A stretch of DNA of 64,000 nucleotides. Source: an uncultured Pelagibacteraceae bacterium. Its GTDB lineage: Bacteria; Pseudomonadota; Alphaproteobacteria; Pelagibacterales; Pelagibacteraceae. The stretch lies in contig CACKVV010000001.1 of assembly GCA_902603665.1 (NCBI GenBank), positions 21,607 to 85,606 of the forward strand, in the 5' to 3' direction. Made by a program: the position numbers and the translations under genes. Positions 9,568-19,507 of the stretch are shown here, one piece after another (position 1 is the stretch's first letter; each line of letters starts with the position of its first letter). The notes beneath the pieces were generated by a model. It was given only the letters and a program-made list of their open reading frames with translations, searched no databases and was not told the DNA's origin.

Positions 9568-10309
9568 TTTTATCTACAATTCCGAATTTTCTAATATTTA
9601 TGAAAGACCAAATATTAATTCAAATGTTAGTACACAGATATTATTTGGCGAAAACTTTAGTATTTTAAAAAAATCTAAAAACTTTTATAAAATTAAAATT
9701 GATACTGATAATTATGTTGGTTTTATCAAAAAGTTAAAACTTTTTAATAAATACCAAACTTCACATAAAATTTATGTACTAAAATCAAAAATATATAAAT
9801 TATCTAAAGAAAATAAATTTACGTACACAGGTAAAGATTTACCATTTGCAAGTAAAATTCAAATTTTAAACAAATACAAATCCTATTTAATGTTTAAGAA
9901 AAATTTTTGGATTAAGAAGGATGATGTTAAACCAATAAATCATAAGATTAAAAATTTTATATATATTGTAAACCTTTTTAGAAATATAAAATATAAATGG
10001 GGAGGTAAAACTTTTAAAGGCATTGATTGTTCTGGTTTAGTGCAAATAATTTACAATTATAATAACAAATTTTTCCCAAGAGATACTGTTGACCAGATCA
10101 AGTTTAAAAAGGGACTTAAATCCAAAAAAAAATTTAAAAAAGGTGACATTGTTTTTTGGAAGGGGCATGTTGGAATTTGTATAAATTCAAAAAAATTTAT
10201 ACACGCTTATGGACCAAGAAAAAAAGTTTTGATAATGCCAATAAATCAAACGATTAAACTTATTGAAAAAACTGCTGGTTTAAAAGTTAAAAAAATTTAT
10301 TCAATTTAA
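9557..10309 (+). CDS. SH3b + NlpC/P60 (C40) cysteine peptidase
   Basis: YKWGG..GIDCSG catalytic Cys, PRD, GHVGI and HA motifs. N-terminal SH3-like TQILFGE. No evident signal peptide. Confidence 0.88.
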   Translation: MKNNFIYNSEFSNIYERPNINSNVSTQILFGENFSILKKSKNFYKIKIDTDNYVGFIKKLKLFNKYQTSHKIYVLKSKIYKLSKENKFTYTGKDLPFASKIQILNKYKSYLMFKKNFWIKKDDVKPINHKIKNFIYIVNLFRNIKYKWGGKTFKGIDCSGLVQIIYNYNNKFFPRDTVDQIKFKKGLKSKKKFKKGDIVFWKGHVGICINSKKFIHAYGPRKKVLIMPINQTIKLIEKTAGLKVKKIYSI

Positions 10310-11205
10310 TTATCTTCTCTTCCAAAATTTGGCTCAGAAACATCTTGTTTAAGTTCAATAATTTGACTTCTAACTTTTTTAGAGTTTTTTAATTTTTTTA
10401 ATATTTTTGTATTTTCAGAATTAATTATATTTTTCTTAAATTGATTTAAATTTTTTATAAATAAATTAATTGCCTCTAACATATTCTTTTTATTACTAAA
10501 GAATATATCTCTCCACATAATTTCATTGGATGCTGCTGTTCTTGAGAAATCCCTTAATCCTCCAGCACTAAATTTAATAATATTTTTTTTGTATTTCTTT
10601 TGAAAATCTAACGCTGTTGTGATTAAATTATAGGAAATTAAGTGTGGCAAATGACTGGTAATAGAAAAAATTTTATCATGCTCATCAGCCTTCATTATAA
10701 TTGTTTTTGAGCCAATTATTTTCCAAAATTTTAATAGTTTTTTTTGCTTTGTTTTATTTTTATCTTCAAAAACAATACACCATTTATTAAGAAATAAATT
10801 TTTTGTACCATGAGTTGGTCCACTAACCTCTGAACCTGCAATTGGATGACTCATAATCCATGTTAATGATTTATTTAATTCTTTATTTTTGATTTTTAAA
10901 ACATTCAATTTAGTTGATCCTATGTCAGTAATTATACAATCTGATTTAATATACTTATTTAGCATAGGAATTATTTTTTTATATTCACTCATGGGAGTGC
11001 TTAATATTGCGAAATCAACATCAGATATATTTTTATCAAGCCTATCAAGAATGAATATTTTTGAATTAATACTCTTGATTTGCCTCTTATATTTTTTTGA
11101 TTTTTCAAAAACTAGTATTTGCCTTGAAATTTTTTTATTTATAGATGCTCTCAAAAGAGAGGATCCAATTAATCCACATCCTATAATCAATAATTTTTTA
11201 AACAT
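10306..11205 (-). CDS. tyrC: Prephenate/arogenate (cyclohexadienyl) dehydrogenase
   Basis: GCGLIG Rossmann motif, DIGSTK, HPIAGSE, HD..SHLPH and GGLRDFSR. Confidence 0.92.
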   Translation of the reverse strand: MFKKLLIIGCGLIGSSLLRASINKKISRQILVFEKSKKYKRQIKSINSKIFILDRLDKNISDVDFAILSTPMSEYKKIIPMLNKYIKSDCIITDIGSTKLNVLKIKNKELNKSLTWIMSHPIAGSEVSGPTHGTKNLFLNKWCIVFEDKNKTKQKKLLKFWKIIGSKTIIMKADEHDKIFSITSHLPHLISYNLITTALDFQKKYKKNIIKFSAGGLRDFSRTAASNEIMWRDIFFSNKKNMLEAINLFIKNLNQFKKNIINSENTKILKKLKNSKKVRSQIIELKQDVSEPNFGREDN

Positions 11206-12283
11206 TTTTAAATATCAGTGACATCTGTTTTAAAAAAAATTTATTCTCTTTAACATTGCCTATTGTTAATCTTAAACAATTTTTTATTCCATATGCATAC
11301 ATCTCTCTTAATATGATTCCTCTATTCTCAAGTTTTCTTGAGATAAAGTTTGATGAGAATTTACAGTTTTTAAAGTTTAGTAAAAAGAAATTTGCTGTAA
11401 CTTCATTCGTGGTGATGTCATATTTTTGTAACTCACTTTTAATTTTTTTACACCAATAAGTATTATGTTTTATAGAATTTTTTATATGTTTGTTGTCATA
11501 TAAAGCCTCCACAGCACAATCTTGTGCAAATTTATTTACATTAAATGGTGGTTTAATTTTATAAAGTTCTTTAATTATTTTTTTGTCACCATACCCCCAA
11601 CCAACTCTTAATGCTGCAAGGCCATGAATTTTTGAGAATGTCCTTAATATAAAAACATTGCTAAAATTTTTAAAAATATTTAAGGCTGGCGAGTAATCTT
11701 TGTTCATCATATATTCAAAGTACGCATCGTCCACAACCAATAATATTTTCTTATTTAATTTTTTTCTTAATTTTAATAATTCTTTTTTTGTTAAATAAGT
11801 ACCTGTAGGATTATTTGGATTTGCTATAAAAACTATTTTTGTGTTTCTACCTACTTTTTTCAAGATCTCATCCACAGAAACTTTAAAATTTACTTCTTTT
11901 GAGAACTTAACCTTAGCACCAACAATTTTTGCATAGATTCTGTACATTAAAAAACTGTACTGCGGTACGACTACTTCATCACCCTTATTAAGAAATAGTG
12001 TACATATCATTTGTATTATTTCATCTGATCCTGCTCCACATATAATTTTTTCTTTATTTAAATTAAATTTCTTTGAAATAGTTTCTATTAATTTTTTAAA
12101 CTTACTATCGGGATATTTTGAAATATTGTTATTTCTATTCTTTAATATGTTTCTTACTCTTTCCCCTGCACCGAAAGCCGACTCATTTGCTGACAGTTTA
12201 ATTACTTTTTTTTTAGAGCTTAATAATGACCTTCCTGGCTTGTAGGTGACGAGATCTATTTTCCTAAAATTTGGTACATTCAT
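11198..12283 (-). CDS. hisC: Histidinol-phosphate aminotransferase
   Basis: Motifs KLSANES, GAGSDE, NPNNPTG, DDAY and RTFSKIHGLAALRVG. Confidence 0.95.
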   Translation of the reverse strand: MNVPNFRKIDLVTYKPGRSLLSSKKKVIKLSANESAFGAGERVRNILKNRNNNISKYPDSKFKKLIETISKKFNLNKEKIICGAGSDEIIQMICTLFLNKGDEVVVPQYSFLMYRIYAKIVGAKVKFSKEVNFKVSVDEILKKVGRNTKIVFIANPNNPTGTYLTKKELLKLRKKLNKKILLVVDDAYFEYMMNKDYSPALNIFKNFSNVFILRTFSKIHGLAALRVGWGYGDKKIIKELYKIKPPFNVNKFAQDCAVEALYDNKHIKNSIKHNTYWCKKIKSELQKYDITTNEVTANFFLLNFKNCKFSSNFISRKLENRGIILREMYAYGIKNCLRLTIGNVKENKFFLKQMSLIFKNV

Positions 12284-12347
12284 ATCGATAATTATTAAAG
12301 TGAATATTTATATATTTAAACAAAAGAAGCAATTAATTCCAAAAAAA

Positions 12348-12376
12348 TTGACATGTAAATACCTATCTTGTAAAAG
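12348..12376 (+). promoter_or_regulatory. Putative sigma70 promoter of the metX leader
   Basis: Perfect TTGACA (12348-12353), 17-nt spacer, TAAAAG. This would start transcription just before the riboswitch P1. Confidence 0.6.
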
Positions 12377-12382
12377 TTTCCT

Positions 12383-12433
12383 GCGCTGATTTAAACTGAA
12401 TTGCGAGCGCTATAAAAAACCTGCTAAACAAGT
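12383..12433 (+). ncRNA. SAM-II riboswitch upstream of metX
   Basis: P1 GCGCU(12383-87)/AGCGC(12406-10), loop GAUUU...UUGC, and 3' GCUAAA(12423-28). Matches the SAM-II H-type pseudoknot consensus and its usual metX context. Confidence 0.9.
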
Positions 12434-12470
12434 TTTTTTACCTCTCAATTCGCTAAATCTTAAATTTATT

Positions 12471-13604
12471 ATGAATAAATTAAAACAGGTAAAAAATATT
12501 ATAATAACAAAACCACAAAAATTAGATTGTGGAAAAGAAATTTCAAATTTTCCAATTTCATATGAGACATATGGGACTCTTAACGAAAAAAAAGATAATG
12601 CTATTTTAGTATTTCATGCATTAACAGGTGATCAATTTGCTTCTGGAAAAAATCCTATTACAAATAAAGATGGCTGGTGGAGCTACGCACTTGGATCAGG
12701 AAAAGCTATAGATACAGAGAAATTTTTTGTTATATGCGCTAACGTAATTGGAGGGTGTATGGGTTCATATGGTCCAAGCACAATAGATGAAGAAACAGGT
12801 AAACCCATAGGGACAAATTTTCCAGTTATAACAATTAATGATATGGTTAATGCTCAATACAATCTACTTGAGCATTTTAAAATAGATAAATTATTTGCAG
12901 TTATCGGCGGGTCCATGGGTGGTATGCAGGTATTACAATTTGTTTCAAATTTTCCGGATAAAGCACATATTGCAATACCGATTGCCTGTACATCTAGTCA
13001 TTCTGCACAAAATATTGCATTTAATGAACTTGGAAGACAAGCAATACTTGCTGATACTAATTGGAAAAATGGTTTGTATGAACAAAATAAAACAAGTCCT
13101 GATAAAGGTTTGGCTGTTGCTAGAATGGCGGCACATATTACTTATTTGTCGAAAAAAGGTCTCCAGGAAAAATTTGGTAGAAAGTTACAAGAGAGAGATG
13201 ATTTAAAATTTAGTTTTGATGCAGATTTTCAAATTGAGAGTTATCTTAGATACCAAGGATCAGTGTTTGTAGATAGATTTGATGCAAATAGTTACTTGTA
13301 TATAACTAGAGCGATGGATTACTTCGATTTATCAAAACAATTTAATGGTAATCTATCAGCTGCTTTCAGTAATACAACTTCTAAATTTTTTGTAATTTCA
13401 TTCACTTCAGATTGGCTATATCCAACTGCTGAAAATAGAGAAATAGTTATAGCGCTAAACGCAATTGGTGCAGATGTTGGTTTTGTAGAAATAGAATCTG
13501 ACAAAGGACACGATTCATTTCTTCTAGATGTACCTGATTTTTTAGATACTCTAGGGAACTATTTAAAAACAAACTATAAAACTGTGAATGAAAAAAGAAT
13601 TTAA
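12471..13604 (+). CDS. metX: Homoserine O-acyltransferase
   Basis: HALTG, GGSMGG nucleophile elbow, RFDANSY, and catalytic D and H in TSDWLY and GHDSFL. Confidence 0.96.
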   Translation: MNKLKQVKNIIITKPQKLDCGKEISNFPISYETYGTLNEKKDNAILVFHALTGDQFASGKNPITNKDGWWSYALGSGKAIDTEKFFVICANVIGGCMGSYGPSTIDEETGKPIGTNFPVITINDMVNAQYNLLEHFKIDKLFAVIGGSMGGMQVLQFVSNFPDKAHIAIPIACTSSHSAQNIAFNELGRQAILADTNWKNGLYEQNKTSPDKGLAVARMAAHITYLSKKGLQEKFGRKLQERDDLKFSFDADFQIESYLRYQGSVFVDRFDANSYLYITRAMDYFDLSKQFNGNLSAAFSNTTSKFFVISFTSDWLYPTAENREIVIALNAIGADVGFVEIESDKGHDSFLLDVPDFLDTLGNYLKTNYKTVNEKRI

Positions 13605-14184
13605 AGTTATTTCTGAGCTAATATCACAAAATTCTAAAGTTTTAGATGTTGGATGCGGCGATGGAGAATTAATGAAGTTTCTTAAGGATAATAAAACTTC
13701 TAAAATACGTGGTTTAGAAATTTCAAAAAATAGAGTTCAAAATTGTCTATCAAAAGGTTTGACTGTAATAGAAGGAAATGCAGAAAATGACTTACAACAA
13801 TTCCCAAATAATTCATTCGATTTTGTTATTTTAAGTCAGACGCTTCAAGCTTTCTTAGATCCTGAAAAAGTTATCGCCGAGCTTTTGCGAGTTGGTAAAA
13901 AAGCAATTGTTACTATACCAAACTTTGGTTACTGGAAAGTTCGTATTAATTTATTAATTAAGGGCACAATGCCTGTTACAGAAAACCTTCCTAATGAATG
14001 GTATAATACACCTAATTTACATATGTGCACTTTGAGGGATTTTTTCAATTTTTGTTCAAAAAGAGAAATAAAAATTTTTAAATCTTTAGCATTAAAAAAT
14101 AACAAAACTCTAAATTTAAGTGCTAAAAATTTAGCATGGAGAAATTTAGAATCGCAATTAGGTATTTTTTTAATAGAGAAATAA
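13588..14184 (+). CDS. metW: Methionine biosynthesis protein MetW
   Basis: VLDVGCGDG, SQTLQ, PNFGYW and WYNTPNLH motifs. Overlaps the end of metX. Confidence 0.95.
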   Translation: MKKEFKVISELISQNSKVLDVGCGDGELMKFLKDNKTSKIRGLEISKNRVQNCLSKGLTVIEGNAENDLQQFPNNSFDFVILSQTLQAFLDPEKVIAELLRVGKKAIVTIPNFGYWKVRINLLIKGTMPVTENLPNEWYNTPNLHMCTLRDFFNFCSKREIKIFKSLALKNNKTLNLSAKNLAWRNLESQLGIFLIEK

Positions 14185-14901
14185 ATGAATGTTGAAATTA
14201 TAAAATGTCTAGAAGATAATTATTCTTATTTAATTATAGACAGTAACAAAAATGCATGTGTTGTAGACCCAAGTGAAGAAGGACCAGTAATTGCTTCTGT
14301 AGAAAGTAATCAAGCTAATTTAAAGTATATTTTAAACACGCATCATCATTTTGATCATATTGGAGGAAATTTAAATTTAAAAAAGAAATATAATGCCAAA
14401 GTAATAGGATATGTAGAAGATAAACATAGAATACCTGGAATCGATATAGATTTGAAGGATAAAGAGATTTGGAGCAAAGATGAATTTAGTTTTCAAGTAT
14501 TCCATATACCAGGACATACCTCTGGGCACATATGTTTCTATTTCAAAAAAGAAAAATTATTATTCACTGGAGATACATTATTCTCTTTAGGATGCGGAAG
14601 AATATTTGAAGGCACATATGAGCAAATGTTTTCCTCGCTTCAAATATTTAAAAAATTTCCTAAAGATACAAAAATATTTTGTGGACATGAATACACAATG
14701 AAAAATGCAGAGTTTTGTAAAATTCAAGATCAACAAAATGAGAAGTTAAACAAAAAATTTGAAAAAATAAAAAATTTATTAGATAAAGGATTGCCAACTA
14801 TACCAACCACAATTGAGGACGAGCTAGATTGCAACATTTTTTTAAAATCTGAAGATTTGGAAACATTTTCAAAATTGAGAGATTTAAAGGATAATTTCTA
14901 A
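14185..14901 (+). CDS. gloB: Hydroxyacylglutathione hydrolase (glyoxalase II)
   Basis: THHHFDHIGG, PGHT, GDTLFSLGCGR and CGHEYT motifs. Confidence 0.95.
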   Translation: MNVEIIKCLEDNYSYLIIDSNKNACVVDPSEEGPVIASVESNQANLKYILNTHHHFDHIGGNLNLKKKYNAKVIGYVEDKHRIPGIDIDLKDKEIWSKDEFSFQVFHIPGHTSGHICFYFKKEKLLFTGDTLFSLGCGRIFEGTYEQMFSSLQIFKKFPKDTKIFCGHEYTMKNAEFCKIQDQQNEKLNKKFEKIKNLLDKGLPTIPTTIEDELDCNIFLKSEDLETFSKLRDLKDNF

Positions 14902-14911
14902 GTTATTCAGC

Positions 14912-14939
14912 TTGACTATAATTTGACCCTGACTATATT
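14912..14939 (+). promoter_or_regulatory. Putative sigma70 promoter for rplU-rpmA-obg
   Basis: TTGACT(14912-17)-16 nt-TATATT(14934-39). Confidence 0.6.
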
Positions 14940-14965
14940 GCTGTTTATAAAAATTAGGTCTAATT

Positions 14966-15367
14966 ATGTCGTTCGCAGTAATAAAAACAGGTGGAAAACA
15001 GTATAAAGTGCAAGCTGGAGAAATAATTAAGATTGAAAGATTAGAAGATTCGAAACCTGAGACTAAATTGGAATTTAACGAAGTTTTAGCTTACGGAGAT
15101 GATAAAAATCTTGAATTAGGAGAACCAACTATTTCAGGAGCTAAAGTTGAAGCAGACTTAATTAAAAATGGAAAAAATAGAACAGTATTAATTTTTAAAA
15201 AAAGAAGAAGAAAAAACTCTAGAAGAAAAAATGGACATAGACAGCAGTTTTCTTTAATTAGAATAAATAAAATTTTTGCTAAAGATGGAAAGATAATTTC
15301 AGAGGCGGAAATAAAAAAGGAAGCTTCAAAAGAAATAAAAACTCCAACTAAGGAAGTTTCAAAATAA
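14966..15367 (+). CDS. rplU: 50S ribosomal protein L21 (with C-terminal extension)
   Basis: FAVIKTGGKQYKV, KKRRRK..GHRQ. Confidence 0.97.
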   Translation: MSFAVIKTGGKQYKVQAGEIIKIERLEDSKPETKLEFNEVLAYGDDKNLELGEPTISGAKVEADLIKNGKNRTVLIFKKRRRKNSRRKNGHRQQFSLIRINKIFAKDGKIISEAEIKKEASKEIKTPTKEVSK

Positions 15368-15378
15368 ATAGGTAAACT

Positions 15379-15633
15379 ATGGCAACAAAAAAAGCTGGTG
15401 GATCGTCAAGGAATGGTAGAGATAGTGCTGGACGTAGGCTAGGAGTAAAAAAATATGGTGGCCAGTTTGTTGTTCCTGGAAATATAATAGTAAGACAAAG
15501 AGGAACAAAAATTTTCCCTGGAGAAAATGTAGGGATGGGAAAAGATCATTCAATTTTTTCTGTAGTTGAAGGTAAAGTAGAATTTAAAAAAAGTAAGTCA
15601 GATAGAACTTACGTATCTGTAAAACCCAATTAA
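15379..15633 (+). CDS. rpmA: 50S ribosomal protein L27
   Basis: [24 protein letters not shown]. Confidence 0.98.
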   Translation: MATKKAGGSSRNGRDSAGRRLGVKKYGGQFVVPGNIIVRQRGTKIFPGENVGMGKDHSIFSVVEGKVEFKKSKSDRTYVSVKPN

Positions 15634-15661
15634 ATCTCACAACTCCTAACATAGTTGTATC

Positions 15662-16645
15662 ATGAAATTTTTAGATCAAGTAAAGATATACGTAAAAGCT
15701 GGCGATGGTGGATCAGGATCACCTAGCTTCAGAAGAGAAAAATTTGTTGAATTTGGAGGTCCTGATGGTGGAGACGGTGGTAAAGGCGGTTCTGTAGTAC
15801 TTACATCAGAAAGAAACTTAAACACACTTATAGACTTTCGATATCAACAACACTTTAAAGCACAAAGAGGCGGCGATGGTAGTGGAAAAAATAAAACAGG
15901 GAAAGGTGGTGAAGTTCTTTTTCTAAAAGTTCCTGTCGGTACACAAGTTTTTGAGGAAGATAACAAAACTTTAATCTATGATTTTAAAAATGAAAATGAA
16001 AAATTTGTTGTTGCTATAGGAGGAAAGGGAGGATTTGGGAATACAAGATTCAAATCTTCAACTAATCGTGCCCCAAAAAAATTTACTAAGGGATCTAGAG
16101 GAGAGGAATTTTGGATATGGCTTCAACTCAAAACTATTGCTGATATTGGAATTATAGGACTTCCTAATGCTGGTAAATCTAGTCTACTTGCATCCATAAC
16201 AAGTGCCAACCCAAAAATAGCAAATTACAAATTTACCACTTTAAATCCAAATTTAGGTGTCACAATTTATGATGATAAAGAAATAACACTGGCAGATATA
16301 CCTGGTCTAATAGAGGGAGCACATACAGGAACTGGCTTGGGTATTAAGTTTTTAAAACATATAGAAAGATGTAAATCTCTATTACATTTAATAGATATTA
16401 CAGAAAACAATCTTGAGGAGTCATATAATCAAGTAAGAAATGAATTGGGCGAGTATAGTAGTGATCTCTTGAAAAAAGATGAATTAATAGTTTTAAACAA
16501 GATAGATTTATTGGATGAAATAGAAGTAAATGAAAAAGTAAAAAACTTTAAAAAAAAAACAAAAAAAAATGTATTACTATTATCTACACTTAGAAAAGAC
16601 GCATTAATGAAAGTCAAAGCTAAATTAATAAATTATGTATCTTAA
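15662..16645 (+). CDS. obgE: GTPase ObgE/CgtA
   Basis: Gly-rich Obg domain (GGPDGGDGG), GLPNAGKS, FTTL, DIPG and NKID. Confidence 0.97.
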   Translation: MKFLDQVKIYVKAGDGGSGSPSFRREKFVEFGGPDGGDGGKGGSVVLTSERNLNTLIDFRYQQHFKAQRGGDGSGKNKTGKGGEVLFLKVPVGTQVFEEDNKTLIYDFKNENEKFVVAIGGKGGFGNTRFKSSTNRAPKKFTKGSRGEEFWIWLQLKTIADIGIIGLPNAGKSSLLASITSANPKIANYKFTTLNPNLGVTIYDDKEITLADIPGLIEGAHTGTGLGIKFLKHIERCKSLLHLIDITENNLEESYNQVRNELGEYSSDLLKKDELIVLNKIDLLDEIEVNEKVKNFKKKTKKNVLLLSTLRKDALMKVKAKLINYVS

Positions 16646-17741
16646 AGACTCAAAGACTGTTGTTGTAAAAATTGGCTCTTCTCTTCTTATTGATAAAGAT
16701 AAAAAAATAAGGGGAAAATGGTTAAATGAATTTGCAAAAGATATTAAAAATTTAAAAAATTTAAAAAAAAACATAATTATTGTTAGCTCAGGCGCTATAG
16801 CGCTTGGCTGTAAAAAACTTAAATTAAGTAAAAAAAATCTAAAATTAGATAAAAGTCAGGCTGTAGCATCAATTGGACAAATCGAATTAATGAATTTGTT
16901 TAAAGAATTTTTCAGTCCAAAAAAAATTAATCTTTCACAAATATTATTAACTCTTGAGGATACTGAGAAAAGAAGAAGAGCAATTAATGCTAAAAGAACA
17001 TTTGAGAATCTGTTTAGTTTAGGTTTTATCCCAATAGTTAATGAGAATGATAGTATTGCAACATCTGAGATTAAATATGGTGACAATGACAGATTAGCTT
17101 CAAGAGTTGCACAAATTTCAGGTGCTGATTGTTTAATCTTATTATCCGACGTTGAAGGATTATATACAAAAAATCCAAAAATAAATAAAGAAGCAATATT
17201 AATAAAAGAAATAAGCACCATTGATGATAAGATTGAAAAAATCGCAACGAAAAGTATAAGTGAGCACGGAACTGGTGGCATGAAGACTAAGATTGATGCA
17301 GCAAGGGTTTGCCAACTTTCAGGATGTCATATGGCAATTGCAAATGGTTTAGTTCATAGACCTATTCAAAAAATTTTATCAGATAATAATTGTACTTGGT
17401 TTTTGCCAAATATATCAAAATTAGACGCTAGAAAAAAATGGATTATAAGTTCTATTTCTCCAAAAGGAGATGTAATAATTGATGACGGTGCTTTAAACGC
17501 CCTAAGAAAAGGTAAGAGTTTGTTGGCTGCTGGTATTAGAACTGTTAGAGGAAATTTTAATAAAGGAGATCATATTAAAATTTTAGATAAAAACATGAAT
17601 GAATTTGCTCGTGGCTTGAGTAGCTTCACATCGGCTGAAATAAGTAAAATTAAAGGGCAACATTCAAAAACAATTTCAAGTTTATTGGGATATGTTTCAA
17701 AATCGGAAGTTATTCATAAAGATGATATGGTAAGAATATAA
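16635..17741 (+). CDS. proB: Glutamate 5-kinase (with PUA domain)
   Basis: VKIGSS, VSSGA, NEND, GDND and GTGGM motifs. C-terminal PUA domain. Confidence 0.96.
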   Translation: MYLKDSKTVVVKIGSSLLIDKDKKIRGKWLNEFAKDIKNLKNLKKNIIIVSSGAIALGCKKLKLSKKNLKLDKSQAVASIGQIELMNLFKEFFSPKKINLSQILLTLEDTEKRRRAINAKRTFENLFSLGFIPIVNENDSIATSEIKYGDNDRLASRVAQISGADCLILLSDVEGLYTKNPKINKEAILIKEISTIDDKIEKIATKSISEHGTGGMKTKIDAARVCQLSGCHMAIANGLVHRPIQKILSDNNCTWFLPNISKLDARKKWIISSISPKGDVIIDDGALNALRKGKSLLAAGIRTVRGNFNKGDHIKILDKNMNEFARGLSSFTSAEISKIKGQHSKTISSLLGYVSKSEVIHKDDMVRI

Positions 17742-18985
17742 TGAGTAAATATTTAATAAAATTAGGACAAAATTCAAAAAAAGCACATGAAATTATAGAT
17801 ACTAAAATTAAAAATAACGTCCTTAAAAGTTTTGCAAAATTAATTTTTAAAAATAAAAATAAAATTCTACTAGAAAATTTAAAAGATATAAGATTCGCAA
17901 AGAAAAAAGGTCTTAAAGAAAACTTGGTTAATAGATTAGAGCTTAACAATGAGAAACTTAATTCAATAATAGAAGCAATTAAAACTGTTATAAAACTAAA
18001 AGATCCAGTCAATTATGAATTGAGCAAATGGGCAAGACCGAATGGGTTAAAAATTAAAAAAGTAAGCATACCAATTGGAGTTATTGGGGTGATTTATGAA
18101 AGCAGACCAAATGTTACTGCAGATGTATCGACTTTATGTTTCAAATCTGGAAATTGTGTCATTTTAAGAGGGGGATCAGAAGCTTATTTTACCAATAAAA
18201 TTTTAGCTAACTATTTCCGAACTTCTCTAGCTAAACACAAAATAGATAAAAATTTTGTTCAATTTATCGAAAAGAAAGATAGGAAACTTGTGGATTTTAT
18301 GCTCTCAAAAATGAGTCGATATATCGATGTAGTAATACCCAGGGGAGGTAAAAATTTAGTCAAGAAAGTTCAAGAATTATCAAATGTTGCAGTAATAGGT
18401 CATTTGGAAGGTATTTGTCATACTTACATAGATAAAGATGCAAATTTAAATATGGCAAAAAAAATTGTTAAAAACGCAAAAATGAGAAACACGAGTATTT
18501 GTGGCGCCACAGAAACTCTCTTGATACACAAAAATAAATTAAAAAATATCAACGAAATATTAGAAGAGTTAACAAAAAGTGGTTGTAAGATTTATGGTGA
18601 TAAAACTATAAAAAAAAATTTTTCTGGAAAAACGTTAATAGCAAATAATAAAACTTGGTCTACTGAACATTTGTCATCAAAAATATCAGTCAAAGTTGTT
18701 CAAAATATTTTAGAAGCTATTGAGCATATAAACAAATACGGAACAATGCATACAGATGCTATTATTACGAATAATAAAAGGACAGCAAAATATTTTATTA
18801 AAAGTGTAAATAGCTCTATAGCAATTCAAAATTCTTCTACACAATTTGCAGACGGGGGTGAATTTGGATTTGGTGGAGAAGTTGGAATTTCAACAAACAA
18901 ATTGCCTCCAAGAGGGCCTGTTGGTCTAAACCAACTTGTAAGTTACAAATACGAAATATATGGTTCAGGCCAAATTAGAAAGTAA
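17741..18985 (+). CDS. proA: Gamma-glutamyl phosphate reductase
   Basis: IYESRPNVT, IPRGG, catalytic Cys in SICGATE, FADGGEFG and RGPVGL. Confidence 0.96.
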   Translation: MSKYLIKLGQNSKKAHEIIDTKIKNNVLKSFAKLIFKNKNKILLENLKDIRFAKKKGLKENLVNRLELNNEKLNSIIEAIKTVIKLKDPVNYELSKWARPNGLKIKKVSIPIGVIGVIYESRPNVTADVSTLCFKSGNCVILRGGSEAYFTNKILANYFRTSLAKHKIDKNFVQFIEKKDRKLVDFMLSKMSRYIDVVIPRGGKNLVKKVQELSNVAVIGHLEGICHTYIDKDANLNMAKKIVKNAKMRNTSICGATETLLIHKNKLKNINEILEELTKSGCKIYGDKTIKKNFSGKTLIANNKTWSTEHLSSKISVKVVQNILEAIEHINKYGTMHTDAIITNNKRTAKYFIKSVNSSIAIQNSSTQFADGGEFGFGGEVGISTNKLPPRGPVGLNQLVSYKYEIYGSGQIRK

Positions 18986-19490
18986 AAAAAGAATTGGCAT
19001 TCTTGGTGGAACATTTGATCCCGCGCACATAGGTCATATTAAAATTAGTAAAGTTGCAAAAAAAATTTTAAAACTTGATAAAATTATATGGGCAATAACA
19101 AGTAAGAATCCTTTCAAAAATGAAAGTTTAATTAATGTAAATAAAAGAATTGCATTTGCTAGAAAAATAAATTTAAAGAATAAATTTATAGAGGTTAAGT
19201 TTTATGAAAAAAAAATAAAATCTAATAAAACCATTCATTTAATTAAATTTTTAAAAAAAAAATCCAATGAATTATATTTTATTATTGGTGCAGATAACTT
19301 GATTAATTTTCATAAGTGGAAAAGTTACAAAGAAATTTTAAAGATATGTAAAATAATAGTTTTTGATAGAGATGGTTATAAAGCTAAAGCGATTAAATCC
19401 CCCGTTTATAAAAAATATAATAGGAAAAGCGTTGAATTTATTAAGTTTAATAAAGTCAAAATTTCATCTTCTCAATTAAGAAAAATTTGA
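18960..19490 (+). CDS. nadD: Nicotinate-nucleotide adenylyltransferase
   Basis: GGTFDPAHIGH, IIGAD..F.KW and ISSS..R. Confidence 0.92.
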   Translation: MVQAKLESKKRIGILGGTFDPAHIGHIKISKVAKKILKLDKIIWAITSKNPFKNESLINVNKRIAFARKINLKNKFIEVKFYEKKIKSNKTIHLIKFLKKKSNELYFIIGADNLINFHKWKSYKEILKICKIIVFDRDGYKAKAIKSPVYKKYNRKSVEFIKFNKVKISSSQLRKI

Positions 19491-19507
19491 TACTCTAAAT
19501 TTAATTA

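Noticed and set aside
16548-16570. Long poly-A runs (in obgE and elsewhere) as phase-variation or programmed frameshift sites
   Set aside because: Frames are intact and the runs encode Lys tracts, as expected in an AT-rich genome.
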